Source: Emiliania huxleyi CCMP1516 | Lineage: Eukaryota | Direction of reading: 5' to 3' | Length of the DNA stretch: 64,000 bases | NCBI RefSeq assembly: GCF_000372725.1 | Contig: NW_005202237.1 | Location: 1-64,000 of the forward strand | In this document: positions 36,289-48,040 of the stretch, piece after piece | Position numbering within the stretch: position 1 is the stretch's first letter | Layout: each line of letters begins with the position of its first letter | Position numbers and translations under genes: made by a program | Notes under the pieces: generated by a model | What the model saw: only the letters and a program-made list of their open reading frames with translations | Database searches by the model: none | What the model was told of the DNA's origin: nothing

Positions 36289-36447
36289 GCCGAGGAGCGC
36301 TGCGGGAGGTCCAGATGCGTCGGCGACGCGAAGGACAGTACGCTTGTGGGCGTTCCACGAAAAAAAGAATTTTCCGCGGCCCAATAAATGTCGCTGGCGA
36401 AAAGGTCGATTCGCTGGCGACCTTTTTGTGAGGTTTTCTGATACATT

Positions 36448-37721
36448 TCACTCCCCCCTCAGCGCCGCCTCGAGGGCGCCCACCGCCGCCGCCACCTCCT
36501 CCTCGGACGTGTCGAACGCCGTCACGAGCCGTACGCACTGCCGGCCCTCCTCCTCGCTGTCCCAGGGCGTGCCGCCGACCGTGCCGAGAGCCCGGACCAG
36601 CGCGTCGCCCCGCGGTGTGCAAGGCAGCGAGAGGAAGAGCTGGTTCGTCTGCACGGGGTGCTGCCAGCGGAAGCTGTCTCCGTCGTAGCCGGCGGCCGCC
36701 GCCTCGAGCCGGCGCGCCAGGTCCGCGGCGCTCGCGTTGGCCCGCTCCGCGCTGCTCCGCCACAGGGGCACGCCGCCTCCGCCGTCTGCGAGGTAGGCGC
36801 AGATCTGCGCCGCCAGGAAGCGGCTCTTGGAGAGCTCGTGCCCGGCCCGCTTCCTATCGGAGAGGCTCCGAGAAACTGTCACGGACGGCTCCGAGAGCCC
36901 TCTGGCCCGGCGCGGCGCTTCCTGCGGCGGCGCATCGCGAGCTCGGACGCCAGCTGCGCGTCGGCGGCGCCGCCGCCGAGCGAGGCGGCGGGCTCGAAGA
37001 CGACGACCGCCTCCGCCGCCAGGGTGCCTCCCTTGGTGGTGCCGAAGGAGACCATGTCGACGCCCGCCCGCCAGGTGAGGTCGCTCGCGGAAGCGCCGAG
37101 GGCGACGAGCGCGTTGGGCAGCCGCGCGCCGTCCATGTGGACGAGCAGGCCGTAATCGTGCGCGAGCGCGCACAGCGCCTTGAGCTCGGCACCGGTGTAG
37201 AGCGTTCCCGCCTCGGTAGGCTGCGTCAGGCTGAGGAGCGACGGGCGGTGCGCGTAGGGCGCAGCCGCGAGCGGCGCGGCCGACTGCAGCGCCAGCGCGA
37301 GCTCGGAAGCGCAGACCTTGCCGTCCTCGCCACCCAGCGGCTGCAGCGGCGCGCCGCCGCTGTAGAAGGCGACTGCGCCGCACTGCCAGAGGCGGATGTG
37401 GCTCAGCCGGTGGCAGAAGACGGCATCGAGCGGCCCGGCGGCGCTGGCGATGGCGAGCGCGTCCGATGCGATGCCCGACACGGTCGGGAGGACGTAGGCG
37501 TCCGGAGCATCAAATAAGTCGCGGACGGCAGCGGCGGCCGCAGCGCTGTACTCATCCGCCCCATACGAGGCGCAAGAGCGAGGCACGTTGGCTTGCTGCA
37601 GTGCCGCCATCACCTCAGGCAAGACGCCGCGCGTGTTGTCGGAGGCGAAGCTGGAGCAGGTCGAGAGCTGGCGTGCCACATTTTTGACGAGAGGGCGTGC
37701 ACACAGCCGACAGCGGGGCAT
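36448..37721 (-). CDS. ltaE: Low-specificity L-threonine aldolase, presequence-like N-terminus
   Basis: FASDN, YGADEY, QPTEAGTLY, HMDGARL, SFGTTKGG, RKRAGHELSKSRFLAAQ, VRLVTAFDT; GA-AG intron 36854-36921. Confidence 0.9.
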
Positions 37722-37808
37722 CGCGGGCCTCGCGGCCAAGCGTGCCACTGGCAACAAAGAAATCGATGAGCTCACCAAAGCACCCTCGCGCCTGGCTGTG
37801 GGGCCGCC

Positions 37809-38837
37809 TCACTGTCTCGACTGGACGTTGGGCGGCAGCCCGTGCACGCGGATGGAGCGCAGGCCCCAGTCGTGCCGCGCGAGCGCCTCGTGCGGCCGCA
37901 GCGCGAGCCAGCGCAGGCTCGCCGAGCGCGTGCCGAGCTGCAAGTCGACCGTCTCGCCGAGCGGCACGGCGAGCGGCAGCGCGCGCGCCGCGCCGGCCGC
38001 CGTCATGACGTACGCCGTCACCGACGGGTTGATGCCGCGCGGGCAGCGCAGCTGCACGAGCTTCGCCGCCAGCGCCTCGCCCCAGCCCGCCGGCGCCGGC
38101 ATCGGCGGGCCCGCCACACGCGGCGCCGCCGGCGCCGCCGGCGCGCGGCCTGGGGTCGGCGGCAGCGTGCGCACGGCGAGCGGGTGGACGCAGCGCGGCG
38201 CGGTGAGGTGGTCGAAGTACGAGAGGTGCAGCAGGTCGAAGCGCTCACCGGTGGCGCGCAGCAGCGCGCCGAGCCGCTCGCGGAAGCGCGAGGGCAGCAG
38301 CGCGTCGTCCTCCAGCACGAGCGCCGACGTGTTCGCCGCGGCGAGGAAGCGCCACGCGGCGAGGTGCGAAAGGGCGGAGCCCACGTTGTTGCGCGCGAGC
38401 GCGCTGCGCAGCAGGCCGGCGCGTGCCATCGCCTCTGGGTGGACATTGGTGCCGTACAGCGCCGGGAGGCGCGCCCAAGGCCTCATGCCCGCCGTCTCGA
38501 GCGTGCGATTCATCTTCGCCCGCCGCACCGTCGACCCATCCAGGTTGATGAGAATGGTGAGCGGCGGTCTGCGGCGCGGTGTCGCACGCAAGAGCGCTGC
38601 GTGGAGCGTGCGCCTGCCTCGGAGCAGAGCCTGTGCGCCACGCTGGTTGATCATGCCCGTGGCCTGCATGTCTGCCGGCCGGTCCAGCAGTGCGCCCATA
38701 CAGTCAGCACAGGAGGAGTTGGCTCGCGATAGGCAGCACGCCGTGCAGTGCCGGCGCACTTCGGGTGCTGTCGCCTTGTCGAAGATTCTGCTGCACCACG
38801 GCCCGCCCGCTGCAGGTGCGAGTCGCCGATCGCGCAT
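37809..38837 (-). CDS. Glycosyltransferase family 25 protein; start uncertain
   Basis: ILINLDGSTVRR, PALYG, VGSALSHLAAWR, LVLEDDA, AYVMTAAGARALP, VD. Confidence 0.8.
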   Translation of the reverse strand: MRDRRLAPAAGGPWCSRIFDKATAPEVRRHCTACCLSRANSSCADCMGALLDRPADMQATGMINQRGAQALLRGRRTLHAALLRATPRRRPPLTILINLDGSTVRRAKMNRTLETAGMRPWARLPALYGTNVHPEAMARAGLLRSALARNNVGSALSHLAAWRFLAAANTSALVLEDDALLPSRFRERLGALLRATGERFDLLHLSYFDHLTAPRCVHPLAVRTLPPTPGRAPAAPAAPRVAGPPMPAPAGWGEALAAKLVQLRCPRGINPSVTAYVMTAAGAARALPLAVPLGETVDLQLGTRSASLRWLALRPHEALARHDWGLRSIRVHGLPPNVQSRQ

Positions 38838-39045
38838 GGGGCGTGAGTGGATCGCCGGCGGATTTCTTTGTACCCGGGTACTGTGCCGTACCAAAGTCTG
38901 TGCAGCTGTGAACAGCAGCTCGTGACCACGGCGCCGCAGGCGCCTGTTGATAGATCCAGGTGATAGCCCTGGATGGGCAATGCATACGCCTCACTGGGCC
39001 TCAGATCCCCCGACCGCGTCCCGGTGCTCTGTGGTCGGATTTGTG

Positions 39046-39619
39046 TGAGAGAGATTTTTAGCAATACCAAACAACTCTAACACTCACACGTAATTTGGGG
39101 CCTGGAGCCCTGTTCACGCGCGCGCGAGACGTGCAGACAGGGTTGCCAGGTGAGAGCGAATGGCGCGGTTCACGCCTCGCACAACAGAGAGAGAGATGCG
39201 CTCTGCATGGTGGGACATAAAAGAGAGCGAGTACTTGGGCGAGTAGGCCGTGCGGTCAACGCTGCCGCGCGCGACTTTGCGCGCGAGGCGGCGCAGCTTG
39301 AGAACGGCGGTGGGCGAGAAGCCGCCGCCGAACGTCTCGTGGAGCAGCAGGTTGAAGTTGTTGCGCTTGACAAAGATCGCGTCGTGGTAGAAACCGCGAT
39401 GCGCCTTGACGTAGCCGTGGCCGGTCTTGTGGTCGAAGGGTTGGCCGGGCTGCCCGCGCGCCTTGCAGCCCATGTTTAGGCGGCGGGCCTTTTCTTCGGT
39501 GTTGCCGAAGGCGTAGGAGTGGCCAACGGAGGCGGGCGTGCCGCCACTCGAGGCGTTGCCAACGCCCGGCGAGGAGGTCTACTTGAGGAGGGGCGTCCAG
39601 AGCTTGATTTCATTGTTTT
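39046..39619 (-). mobile_element. 5'-truncated non-LTR retroelement with 12-bp TSD and (TC)n tail
   Basis: TSD GTCGGATTTGTG at 39034-39045 and 39620-39631. EIKLW..GHSYAFGNTEE..FDHKTGHGYVKAHRGFYHDA..HETFGGG..DRTAY..SFMSHHAERIS. 3' end TTGCTAAAAATCTCTCTC. Confidence 0.85.
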
Positions 39620-40307
39620 GTCGGATTTGTGACGCCGCCGCACCGCGCCGCGGCCGGGGGCCGTCCGGAGGCCGAGGATGGCCGTGGCGGACCGGGACGA
39701 GCTCTGGGAGGTTCAGTGTCAGTGTATATATTGTAGAGACTAACCATGTGCACAATATCTCTCAGTCTAGCTAAGCCTGGGAAGGCGATGCCGGGGCCGT
39801 ACAGCAGCTTGATGGTGCTTCGCCGGCGTGCGTCCCGGAGCGGTGCCGGATGGGCGGTCCGTGGGAGGAAATCGGGGATCAGCGCCGACGGCGCTCTGAT
39901 TCGACTTTTAACTTCAAACAAAGACAGTGGCACGCGCCACAGCGCGGCGCATGCCACTGTCAGGGACGGACCCGTCACCGGGCGGCCAGTGCTTGCACTT
40001 TGAATGCCGTGGGGCTCCTGCCCGTGTCCGGGCGTGGAGATGCGAGGGTCGCCCCCCCTTGCCCCACCACTTTGTGTGTGTGGAGAAATCTACCTTACCC
40101 CTTACCTTACCTGGACCCGTCAGTTAGAGTCGTGTTCACGCCGGGATCGTGATCCCGACAAGCTGCACAGACTTTAGCCAAGTACAGTAACAGCAATCCA
40201 ACAAGAAGAAAATATCGCATAGAAATCTCTATGCAATATGATCGACAGACGATCGACACACAACCACGGCGTGGAGTCCCGGCCCGGGCGCTCATCCGCT
40301 CAAGGCG

Positions 40308-42215
40308 TCAACCGCCCTCCTGCTCCAGCTCCACCGACGGGTCCCACGGCAGCGCGCTGCCGTCGTAGCCGAACTTTGCGCTCACGATCCCGCGCACGCG
40401 CAAGTCCATCGGCAGCGAGGCTCCGTGCTTGACAAACTGCGCCTCGAGCAGCCGGAGGAAGGCCTCGTGCCCGCCGTCCGCCCCTCCGCCCCGCAGCGTC
40501 CGCCCGCTGACCAGACAGCGGTTCTGCTGGCTGTGCACGTCGTCGCCGCAATAGAGCAGCTCCTCCTCCTCGCCTGTTCACACGCGCCCGCCGTGAATCC
40601 GCCCGCCGCCGGGGCGGGGCTGCTCGAGCAGCCCGCGCGCCGAAGAGCTCGCGCAGCCGGCGGCGGCGGAAGCCCTGGATCCACGACTCGAAGAACTCGG
40701 CCTGCTCGAGCAGGTCCGAGTAGGCGGTCGAGCCGCGGTGCTTCGGGTTGAAGACCGCGTTCCGCCACGAGGTTGCACGCGCGACGGCGGGGAGCACGCG
40801 CCGCAGGAAGGCGGCCGGCGCCTCCGCCTCCGCCTCCGCCTCCGCCGCCGGGAAACGGTACTTGCTAAAGAGGGAGCCGAAGCCGTCCTCCTCCACGCCC
40901 TGCGGCGCCGCGGCGCAATGGTGGAAGCGGCACGCGCCCCCGTCCTCGCAGCTGCCGTACCGGAGGAAGCGGCGGCAGAGCTGCTTGCCCGCGGCGCGCG
41001 CCTCGTCCTTCGCAGCGGCGAGCCGCGCCGCCTCCTTGGCTCGCGCGCTCTGCTTTCGGCCCAGCGCCTCCTCGCTCGCGCGCGCAGCCTCCCGGTCGAC
41101 CAACCGCTCCCCGCCCGACCCCGCTGGCGCAGCCACCGGCGAATCGGCTGGCGCAGCCGCCGCCGGCCCCACCTCGGCCGGCCCGCACGGCTCGCACGGC
41201 TCGCACACCTCGCCGGCCTGCGCCGCCGCCGCCGCCGGCCCAAAGTAGAGGTCTGCGAAGAGGTGCGACCCGCCGCTGCCGGCGCCGGGCGCGCCGACCA
41301 GCTTGCAGCAGCAGCAGGTCGCAAAGACGCAGCCGCGCACCTAGCAGCAGCGGAGACGAGGCAGTGAAGAAGAGCTCGCGCCGGCCGGCGGGCAGCAGAG
41401 GCGCCGCCACCACGCCGAGGTGTCTCCGCACGAAGTCGATCCCGGCGTCGGTGCCGGGCCCGCAGAGGTGCTTGCCGAGCACGAGGACGTTGCTGTACCC
41501 CTCCGGCAGGCTGTAGTCTTGGATGAGCGCCTCCACCCGCCGGACCGCCCTCGCCGCCTACAGGGATGCTCCGGGGAAGCTTCCGCGAAGGGTCCGCCTC
41601 CACCCGCCGGGCCGCCCTCGCCGCCTTGAGGTGCGGCGGCAGCCAGAACTCGCCCCGCAGTTCGGGGCGCGGCGAGTCCATCTCGACGCAGATGACGGGC
41701 ACGTTAAACACCAGGGCGATCAGGCAGCTCAGGTTTGCGTTGCCTCCGCCGATGTCGACGACGAGGTCGCAGCCGTCGTGCGCGCCGAGCCGGTAGAGTT
41801 GGTAGAGAAGGCTGAGCTCCTGGCTGGCGTACTTGTCGTTGTACTTTTGCGCGCGCCACAGGAACTTCTCGATCACCCGGCACGACCGCGCCTGCGCCGA
41901 GGCCGCGTCCTCCTCGGCGCCGTCCTCCTCGCCGTCGGGCCGCTGCAGGAGGGCGGTGCGCTGGAGCAGCTCGTCGCCGACGGCCTCAAAGAGCTCGCAC
42001 GCGGAGGCGCGGGGAAGCTGCGGGTAGAGGGCGGCGTCCGGAACCGCGTTGGCCGCGTCGCTGTTCAGCCGCTCGCGGAGCCGCCGCGCCTCGTGCAGCA
42101 TCGCGCTGTGCCCTCTGGCGGCATGCTCCGCCTTGGCCTGCTGCTTGTGCAGCATCTTTGCCTGCTTCTTGAGCTGGCTCTTGGAGCCAGCCGTCGGCTC
42201 CTGCCTCTCGGACAT
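40308..42215 (-). CDS. TRM13: TRM13-like tRNA 2'-O-methyltransferase with an inserted CCCH zinc finger; spliced
   Basis: KYASQELSL, VVDIGGGNANLS, LGKHLCGPGTD, FATCCC, RATSW, SQQNRCL; CCCH finger CRRFLRYGSCEDGGACRFHH. Confidence 0.75.
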
Positions 42216-42851
42216 GGTGAGGCGGAGGTTGGAGCGTGGAGGGCGCGTAGGGCTCGCAAAATAAAGAAGTTCACGTGCCCCAAAAAGAATTATCAAAGGA
42301 CAAAATAGCGTTTGTGATTGCCTGAATTCCCTTTAGATTTTTAGAAGCCAACAAGAAATGTGTCACACAGAGTGATTTGCGCCTCTTCAACACCTGTGAA
42401 CGGGGTGGGGTGCGAACTGTTTTTTCCTTTCGAGAGATTTTTAGCAATACCAAACAACTCTTTTGTTTTTGTCCTTTCGTCGCCCGTCTCTCCTGGTATT
42501 TATTTTTATTGTCTCCCCCTTTGAGCTTTGTTTGGGTTTCTAGATGTTTGCGATTTGGGGTTTCTTTGATTCTTTGTTTTTTATTTATCTTTCCCAACAA
42601 TTTCGCTCTTGTTTTGTTTCGGTCTTTCCCGTTACAAAATAAAGAAAAATCGAGACCGGCCGCCATAACAGGGGCGCTGCGCCGCCGGTAGAGATGTGGG
42701 CATGTGGCTGCAAGCCCCCAGTACGGCGGTGCAAGCGTGCATGACCTAACGTCGTTTCAGGCGAGCGAGACCGCGCCGCTGGCGCTGCTTGCCGCTCCGG
42801 ATGGCGCCCCGTCGCGCGTCGCGCTCGCGCACGTCAGCTGCAGCCAACCCA

Positions 42852-43676
42852 TCAGCTGTCCACCAGCACCTCGTCCGCCACGCCCCTCGAGGGCCACAGT
42901 TCAAGTCCCGCGGGCGGGCGCGTCAGCCCGAGTACGGCCAGCCCTTGGGCGGTTGGCGGCGACGGGGCCACGCGCACCTCCCACGCGGGTGCCCAGCCCT
43001 GGGCCTTGAGGAGGGGAAGGAGGAGAGGCCACGCTTGGCGGAGGGCATCGTGGCAGCGCTCGGCGGTCTCGAAACCTGTCGCTGCGGGGTCAGGCTTGCG
43101 GTTGATCAGGTGAAAGAGCCGCTCCACGTCCCATGGCATGCTTGCGCGGCAGACGGTGAGCAAGGGCAGGCAAGACTGGGAGCTATCTTCGGAGGAGCAC
43201 AGGTCGAGGCACACACGCTCCAGGGACGGAGATGTCGCGGCTACTCGCGCTGCGAAACCGTTGTCGCCCGAATCCACCAGCCGGCCGAGCCTGGTGCGAA
43301 GCGCGGTGCGAAGATACGACTCCCCATCGTCAAAGATGCTTCGCCGCGCCTCGCCGGGTTCGTACCGGTTCCAAATCGGCCGAACGGACAGGTCCAGCAG
43401 GAGAGTGAGCTGCTTAAGCGCTGGAAGCCGCCAGCCAAACTCGGCCGGCATCACTGACGGGACCAGTCTGATGCTCATGTGCGTCAGGACCGGAAAAGTC
43501 TGCACCCCGCGTCGGTCTCCGCGGTGGTACTTTGGCCGTATGAGAATGCCGCCTTTGGTATGATCCGGCTTGTAGACGACCACCTGCAGCGTCGAGGCAT
43601 TCTTGTCCACCCGTCGACTCAGCGTGTCTTCCTGCGCGTTGGCGACTCCGCCGCCCCAGACTCGCAACTCCTGCAT
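42852..43676 (-). CDS. Hypothetical protein, possibly the remnant of a gene interrupted upstream by a LINE fragment
   Basis: Long ORF with protein-like composition (LPALKQLTLLLDL, SLERVCLDL). The upstream part of the ORF is the 43765-43925 repeat. Confidence 0.4.
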   Translation of the reverse strand: MQELRVWGGGVANAQEDTLSRRVDKNASTLQVVVYKPDHTKGGILIRPKYHRGDRRGVQTFPVLTHMSIRLVPSVMPAEFGWRLPALKQLTLLLDLSVRPIWNRYEPGEARRSIFDDGESYLRTALRTRLGRLVDSGDNGFAARVAATSPSLERVCLDLCSSEDSSQSCLPLLTVCRASMPWDVERLFHLINRKPDPAATGFETAERCHDALRQAWPLLLPLLKAQGWAPAWEVRVAPSPPTAQGLAVLGLTRPPAGLELWPSRGVADEVLVDS

Positions 43677-43764
43677 ATTGTCCTCCGGAGACAGCTCGTC
43701 CGGTCCTTGTGACGCTACACTGGACACGTCCAACCAAAATAAAGATAGCGCCCTAGCGTGGAAT

Positions 43765-43925
43765 AGGACCGCCGCAAGCGGCGTGGCGTGGAGCGGTTGA
43801 GCGTCCCTCCGGGGGGCCCTCTGCGCCGGGGAGGCGTTGTTGGAGGCTAGGACGCAAGCGTCCGTCGCCCTTTTCAAACTCGGGGCCCACTCCGCTACGC
43901 TCCGACCCGAATTTGGAGGGCCTAA
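43765..43925 (-). repeat. About 160-bp copy of the LINE-like 3' UTR at 12271-12437
   Basis: Reverse-complement match read directly. Confidence 0.85.
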
Positions 43926-45579
43926 AAGTTTAAGGTGTTGCTGCGCAAAAGGGGTCGGACACAGGGCACAGCTCATGCTAACTAAGAGCTAGAAGGGGAG
44001 CTAGAGAGAACGACTACCCAGGGTCCCGTTATTGCGTACACCCCCACCACAAAAGCTCAAAACAAGAAAGCTCTCTCTCTCCTAGTCCTCACTCAGGGGG
44101 GTGCCACAACTACCCCGAGTCTCTCGACTAGCTGCCACGTTGCCGACCGAGAGCGGATCTCCTCCTGCTCCGCAAGGAGGGTGGCCAAGGCTAAAGTCTT
44201 GCCGGAGCCGCCGGGCGCGTTGACGACTTGGAGAAGGTCCCCTTGTACTTGTACTTGTAGAGATGCTCGAGGGGGTGCTTTGTGGGGCGGTGCGCAGCCA
44301 GGCCAGCAGTGAGGGGAGGCGCACCCTCACTCTCCTCGGTTGCAGAGCTCGTCGGAGGCTGCGGCACGACGGGAGGGTCGCGACAGCAGTCCTCGGGCGA
44401 GCCGACGCGCATGTCCAACCACGCAACCAGCGCTGGGACTCGTTGTGACGGCAGACGCCGGCTGCCTCTCCAACCGCTTCTGCAGCGTCCTTCTTTGCCC
44501 GGTGCATGGGCTCGATCCGATTCCGCAGCGTGTCGTCCCCAGCGGCGGCGCTGCGCGGGAGGCGGCCGCGGGCACGCTGGGCTCGATCAGCTTTCCCTCA
44601 GTTGCTTCGAGTTGCTCCGAAAGCACGGATTTGGCGGACGTTCTTGGCTTCAATTTTACGAATGTCTTGGCACCAGCGTCTGGCACCAGCTGAAGGCTTG
44701 CGTCCGTCCACGGCTCAGATCGCCGCGTCTGCGACGCGGGCGCCTTGCGGGCAGAGCCCTTAGCCACCCTTTATATCTTGCGCGGTCAAAAGTGAGTCAG
44801 AAGTCGTAGAACTTTACAACAAACTCCCTCTCACGACACTAGGCACGGGACTGGCGCGCAACTGGCACGTCCAAGAAATTGACTCAGATCGCAGACCAAC
44901 CCTCGGCGACCCGTGTTTACTTTTACGGCCCCCTCCCCCTGCGAACGCGCATCCCCAGGGTCAGGGATCTCTAGCCCGCACGCCGCAGCCCAGCCCGTCC
45001 CCGAGCATCCCCGGCCCCGCTGGGTGCGCTTATTAGCTCTCCACCCGCCTCCCCGCACGCGCGTCGCCGCACCCTTAAGCCTTATTACCGGCTCGTACGT
45101 GGCTGGGTTCACAGCCTTGTTATCCAATGATATAAGGGTAGCCCCAGCGAAGCGCCGGACTTTTGGTGAAGCCGCCACCCAGGTCTCGAGCTTCAGCTGG
45201 CGAACCATCATGCCGCTCTCGGCACCGCAGCAGCGCGAGCGCCGCGCCGCGCAGCGCGCTGCCGAGGCTCAGGACGCGGCTCGCGGGCAGCGCAACCGCC
45301 CGGCGCCGAGCCGGTGCTAGGCCGCCTCCGCTGCGCCTGCTTCCTTGCGCGCCGCTGGACGTCGGCCGAGAAGACCGCTTCCCTCTGGGGACCCGACTCC
45401 GCGAAGATCGCGCGCGCGTCGTGAGTGGCGGCGCGCGCGCGATCTCCGTTCCCGGGCACGCCGGTCGCAGTGGCATGGGCTCCCAGGCTCAAAAGCGCTC
45501 CCGTCAACAGCGAGCGAGCGCCGCCGCTGCTCCTCCTCCCGCCGCCGCTGCTCCTTCTCCCGCCGCCGCTCACCGAGAC

Positions 45580-45614
<35 letters not shown>

Positions 45615-45997
45615 TCGCGCCTCGCCTCCGTCACCGCCGCCCTCCATCTCGCAGCGGCGCGTCCCTCTGATGGCGCGGGCGCCTCGCTCACCGGCGCCTC
45701 GCCGCCCCCCCCCCCCTTCTCGCGCCGCTCCGCTCGTGGCCGCCGCCTCCCCTGTCAATCCCGCCGCCTCCCCTGTCATCCCGCCGCCCGCACCACCGCC
45801 GCCACCGCCTCGCGCCTCGCCGCCGCCGCCACCGACCGCCCTCCCCTGCGCCGCTGAGCGCTTGGGCCAGGTACCAATTTTGTCGAATTTATTTCAAAAT
45901 CTGCAGGCGCGGAGCGCCTGCGAAAATTTTGAAGAAATTTGCAGTCGGGCCTGATTTTCATCAAGATCTTTCAAATTTGCGGTGTGGAGTTGGGGGG

Positions 45998-46210
45998 TGG
46001 GTTAGGTTAGGGTTATTAGGGTTAGAGGGTTAGGGTTAGGGTTAGGGTTAGGGTTGGGTCAGGTCTGGTTGTGTCTGTATATGCCAGCGTTGCAGGGTTC
46101 TGCGCTGGGATCTGGCCCCACAGCGCCGACGACTAAGACTCAGCCCCACACGCTGACCTAGGGTTAGGGTTAGGGTTAGGGTTAGGGTTAGGGTTAGGGT
46201 TAGGGTTAGT
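45998..46210. repeat. Two interstitial (TTAGGG)n tracts alternating with a duplicated segment of about 90 bp
   Basis: Tracts at about 45998-46058 and 46158-46209; 46070-46157 repeats at about 46216-46299. Confidence 0.9.
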
Positions 46211-46304
46211 CTTCTTGTGTTTGTATGCCAGCGTTGCAGAGTTCTGCGCTGGGATCTGGCCCCAGCGCCGACGAGTAAGACTCAGCACCGCACGCTGACC
46301 CCAC

Positions 46305-46775
46305 CAAATGCCGCCTCAGGGCGCCAGGCCGCCAGCCACTTCTTACACGCGGCCGGCGCCCTCTCGCGGCAAAAGGGTCGAGCGAGCGGGCAGAGTCGCG
46401 ATGTCTGCGCACCCGCGTGCCGATGGGCGGCACACGCAACCGAGAGAGGCCCTGTCGCGCCGCCAGTAGCGTTCTCCGCAGTCCCCACGCCACCAATTGC
46501 CGCCTCAGGGCGCCAGCCACTTCTTACACGCGGCCGGCGCCCTCTCGCGGCAAAAGGGTCGAGCGAGCGGGCAGAGTCGCGCGATGTCTGCGCACCCGCG
46601 TGCCGATGGGCGGCACACGCAACCGAGAGAGGCCCTGTCACGCCGCCAGTAGCGTTCCGCACTCCCCACGCCACCAATTGCCGCCTCAGGGCGCCAGCCA
46701 CCTCTTACACGCGGCCGGCGCCCTCTCGCGGCAAAAGGGTCGAGCGAGCGGGCAGAGTCGCGATGTCCCTGCGCA
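46305..46775. repeat. About 185-bp tandem repeat x2.5
   Basis: GCCGCCTCAGGGCGCCAG recurs at 46310, 46499 and 46680 with matching bodies. Confidence 0.9.
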
Positions 46776-48040
46776 CCTGGGTGTTCGCCGCCTATATGCT
46801 CTATCCTGTGCCAAGACGGACACATTTTGACAATCAAAATCTACCTCAAAATTTGCGGCCGCCCCTCGAAATTTGCTGATCAAAATTTGCGGTGGCCCGG
46901 ATCGAAACCTGTACTTTGGCCAACTGAGCGCGGTGCAGGGGGTGAGCCCCCGCTGCGCAGCCTCACCGCAGTGCACTGCGCTCTCCGCGCCCCTGACGAT
47001 TAGTGAGGAGGTGGTGTTGCACAGCATGGAGCTCGGCGAGCGTTTAGCGAGCCCCGCAGCTAGTTGAGAAGAAAATACCTCCTATGGCGCTTCACAGCGA
47101 TTGTAGGAAAATGTCGAAACCAAATCACGTCCGTCGCGGCCTTCCGACTCGCGCCTCCGCCTCACTGGCACTCTTGTAGCCCTGGCCGGTGCGCGTGCTC
47201 AGTTGAAGTTCCCGAGTGAAAATTCGAACGCGTTCTCTCACGGTGACCAACAAATGTCCACCTCAGAGGCACCTCCGGAGGCAGGCCGCCGCACGCCGGC
47301 GACACAGCTCCAGCTGTCGAACTGACCCGCAGCTCCTCTCAGAGCGGGAACTGTGACGAAAAGTGACTGAGGCGGTTGTCAGGAACCATCATACGGATCA
47401 CATGGTGGCTCTCTCATGACGGGAGACCGCCCGACCACTCCTGGGTGGCACTGCCACCGGTGTCGCTCGACGCGTCCTGTCGACAGCGTGCCGACAGCGA
47501 CACAGACCATGTGGGACGCGTCGAGTATCGGCCTCTACTGCTTACCCAGCCTTCGAGTGTATCCTGGCTGTGGTCCCACACCCACTGGTGTCCATCTCAG
47601 AGACCGCAGGAGGTCATGAGGGTCGATGGGAGTGCCAACCCCCCACAATGCCTAAAAACCCAGCCCAGTACACGTCGGCTTTACGCGGCTAAGCACCGGC
47701 CGCGGGCCGCCCCTGGATGTGAGGTTACCGACAGCACTCCAAGCTCCGCAAGTTATCAACACTACCGCACACGACCGCACACACGAGACGACACAGCTGC
47801 CGCTGCAGCACACATGGACGCAGGTTCGAATCACGGAGCCCAGCGCTCACCTCACGACTCGCTTCCCCGCGACGGGTCCTGCGCCTGGCAGTCTGGCCGC
47901 AGCCCTGCTCGAGCGCCCGCCAGCTCCGCCACGGCCTCCGCCCCGATGCAGTTGCCGCTCGCGCCGAGCTTGGCCAGGTGTGGAGCGCCTGGGGCACTCT
48001 CCGCTCTCGGGCGTGGGAAGGGACGCGGCGGGCTGCGCAG

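Noticed and set aside
19554..42215. tRNA-modification cluster (QTGAL-like plus TRM13-like)
   Set aside because: They are about 18 kb apart with unrelated genes between; no evidence of functional clustering.
47800..47845. GGTTCGAATC B-box/T-loop suggesting a tRNA
   Set aside because: I could not find an acceptor stem or cloverleaf by eye; tRNAscan-SE would settle it.
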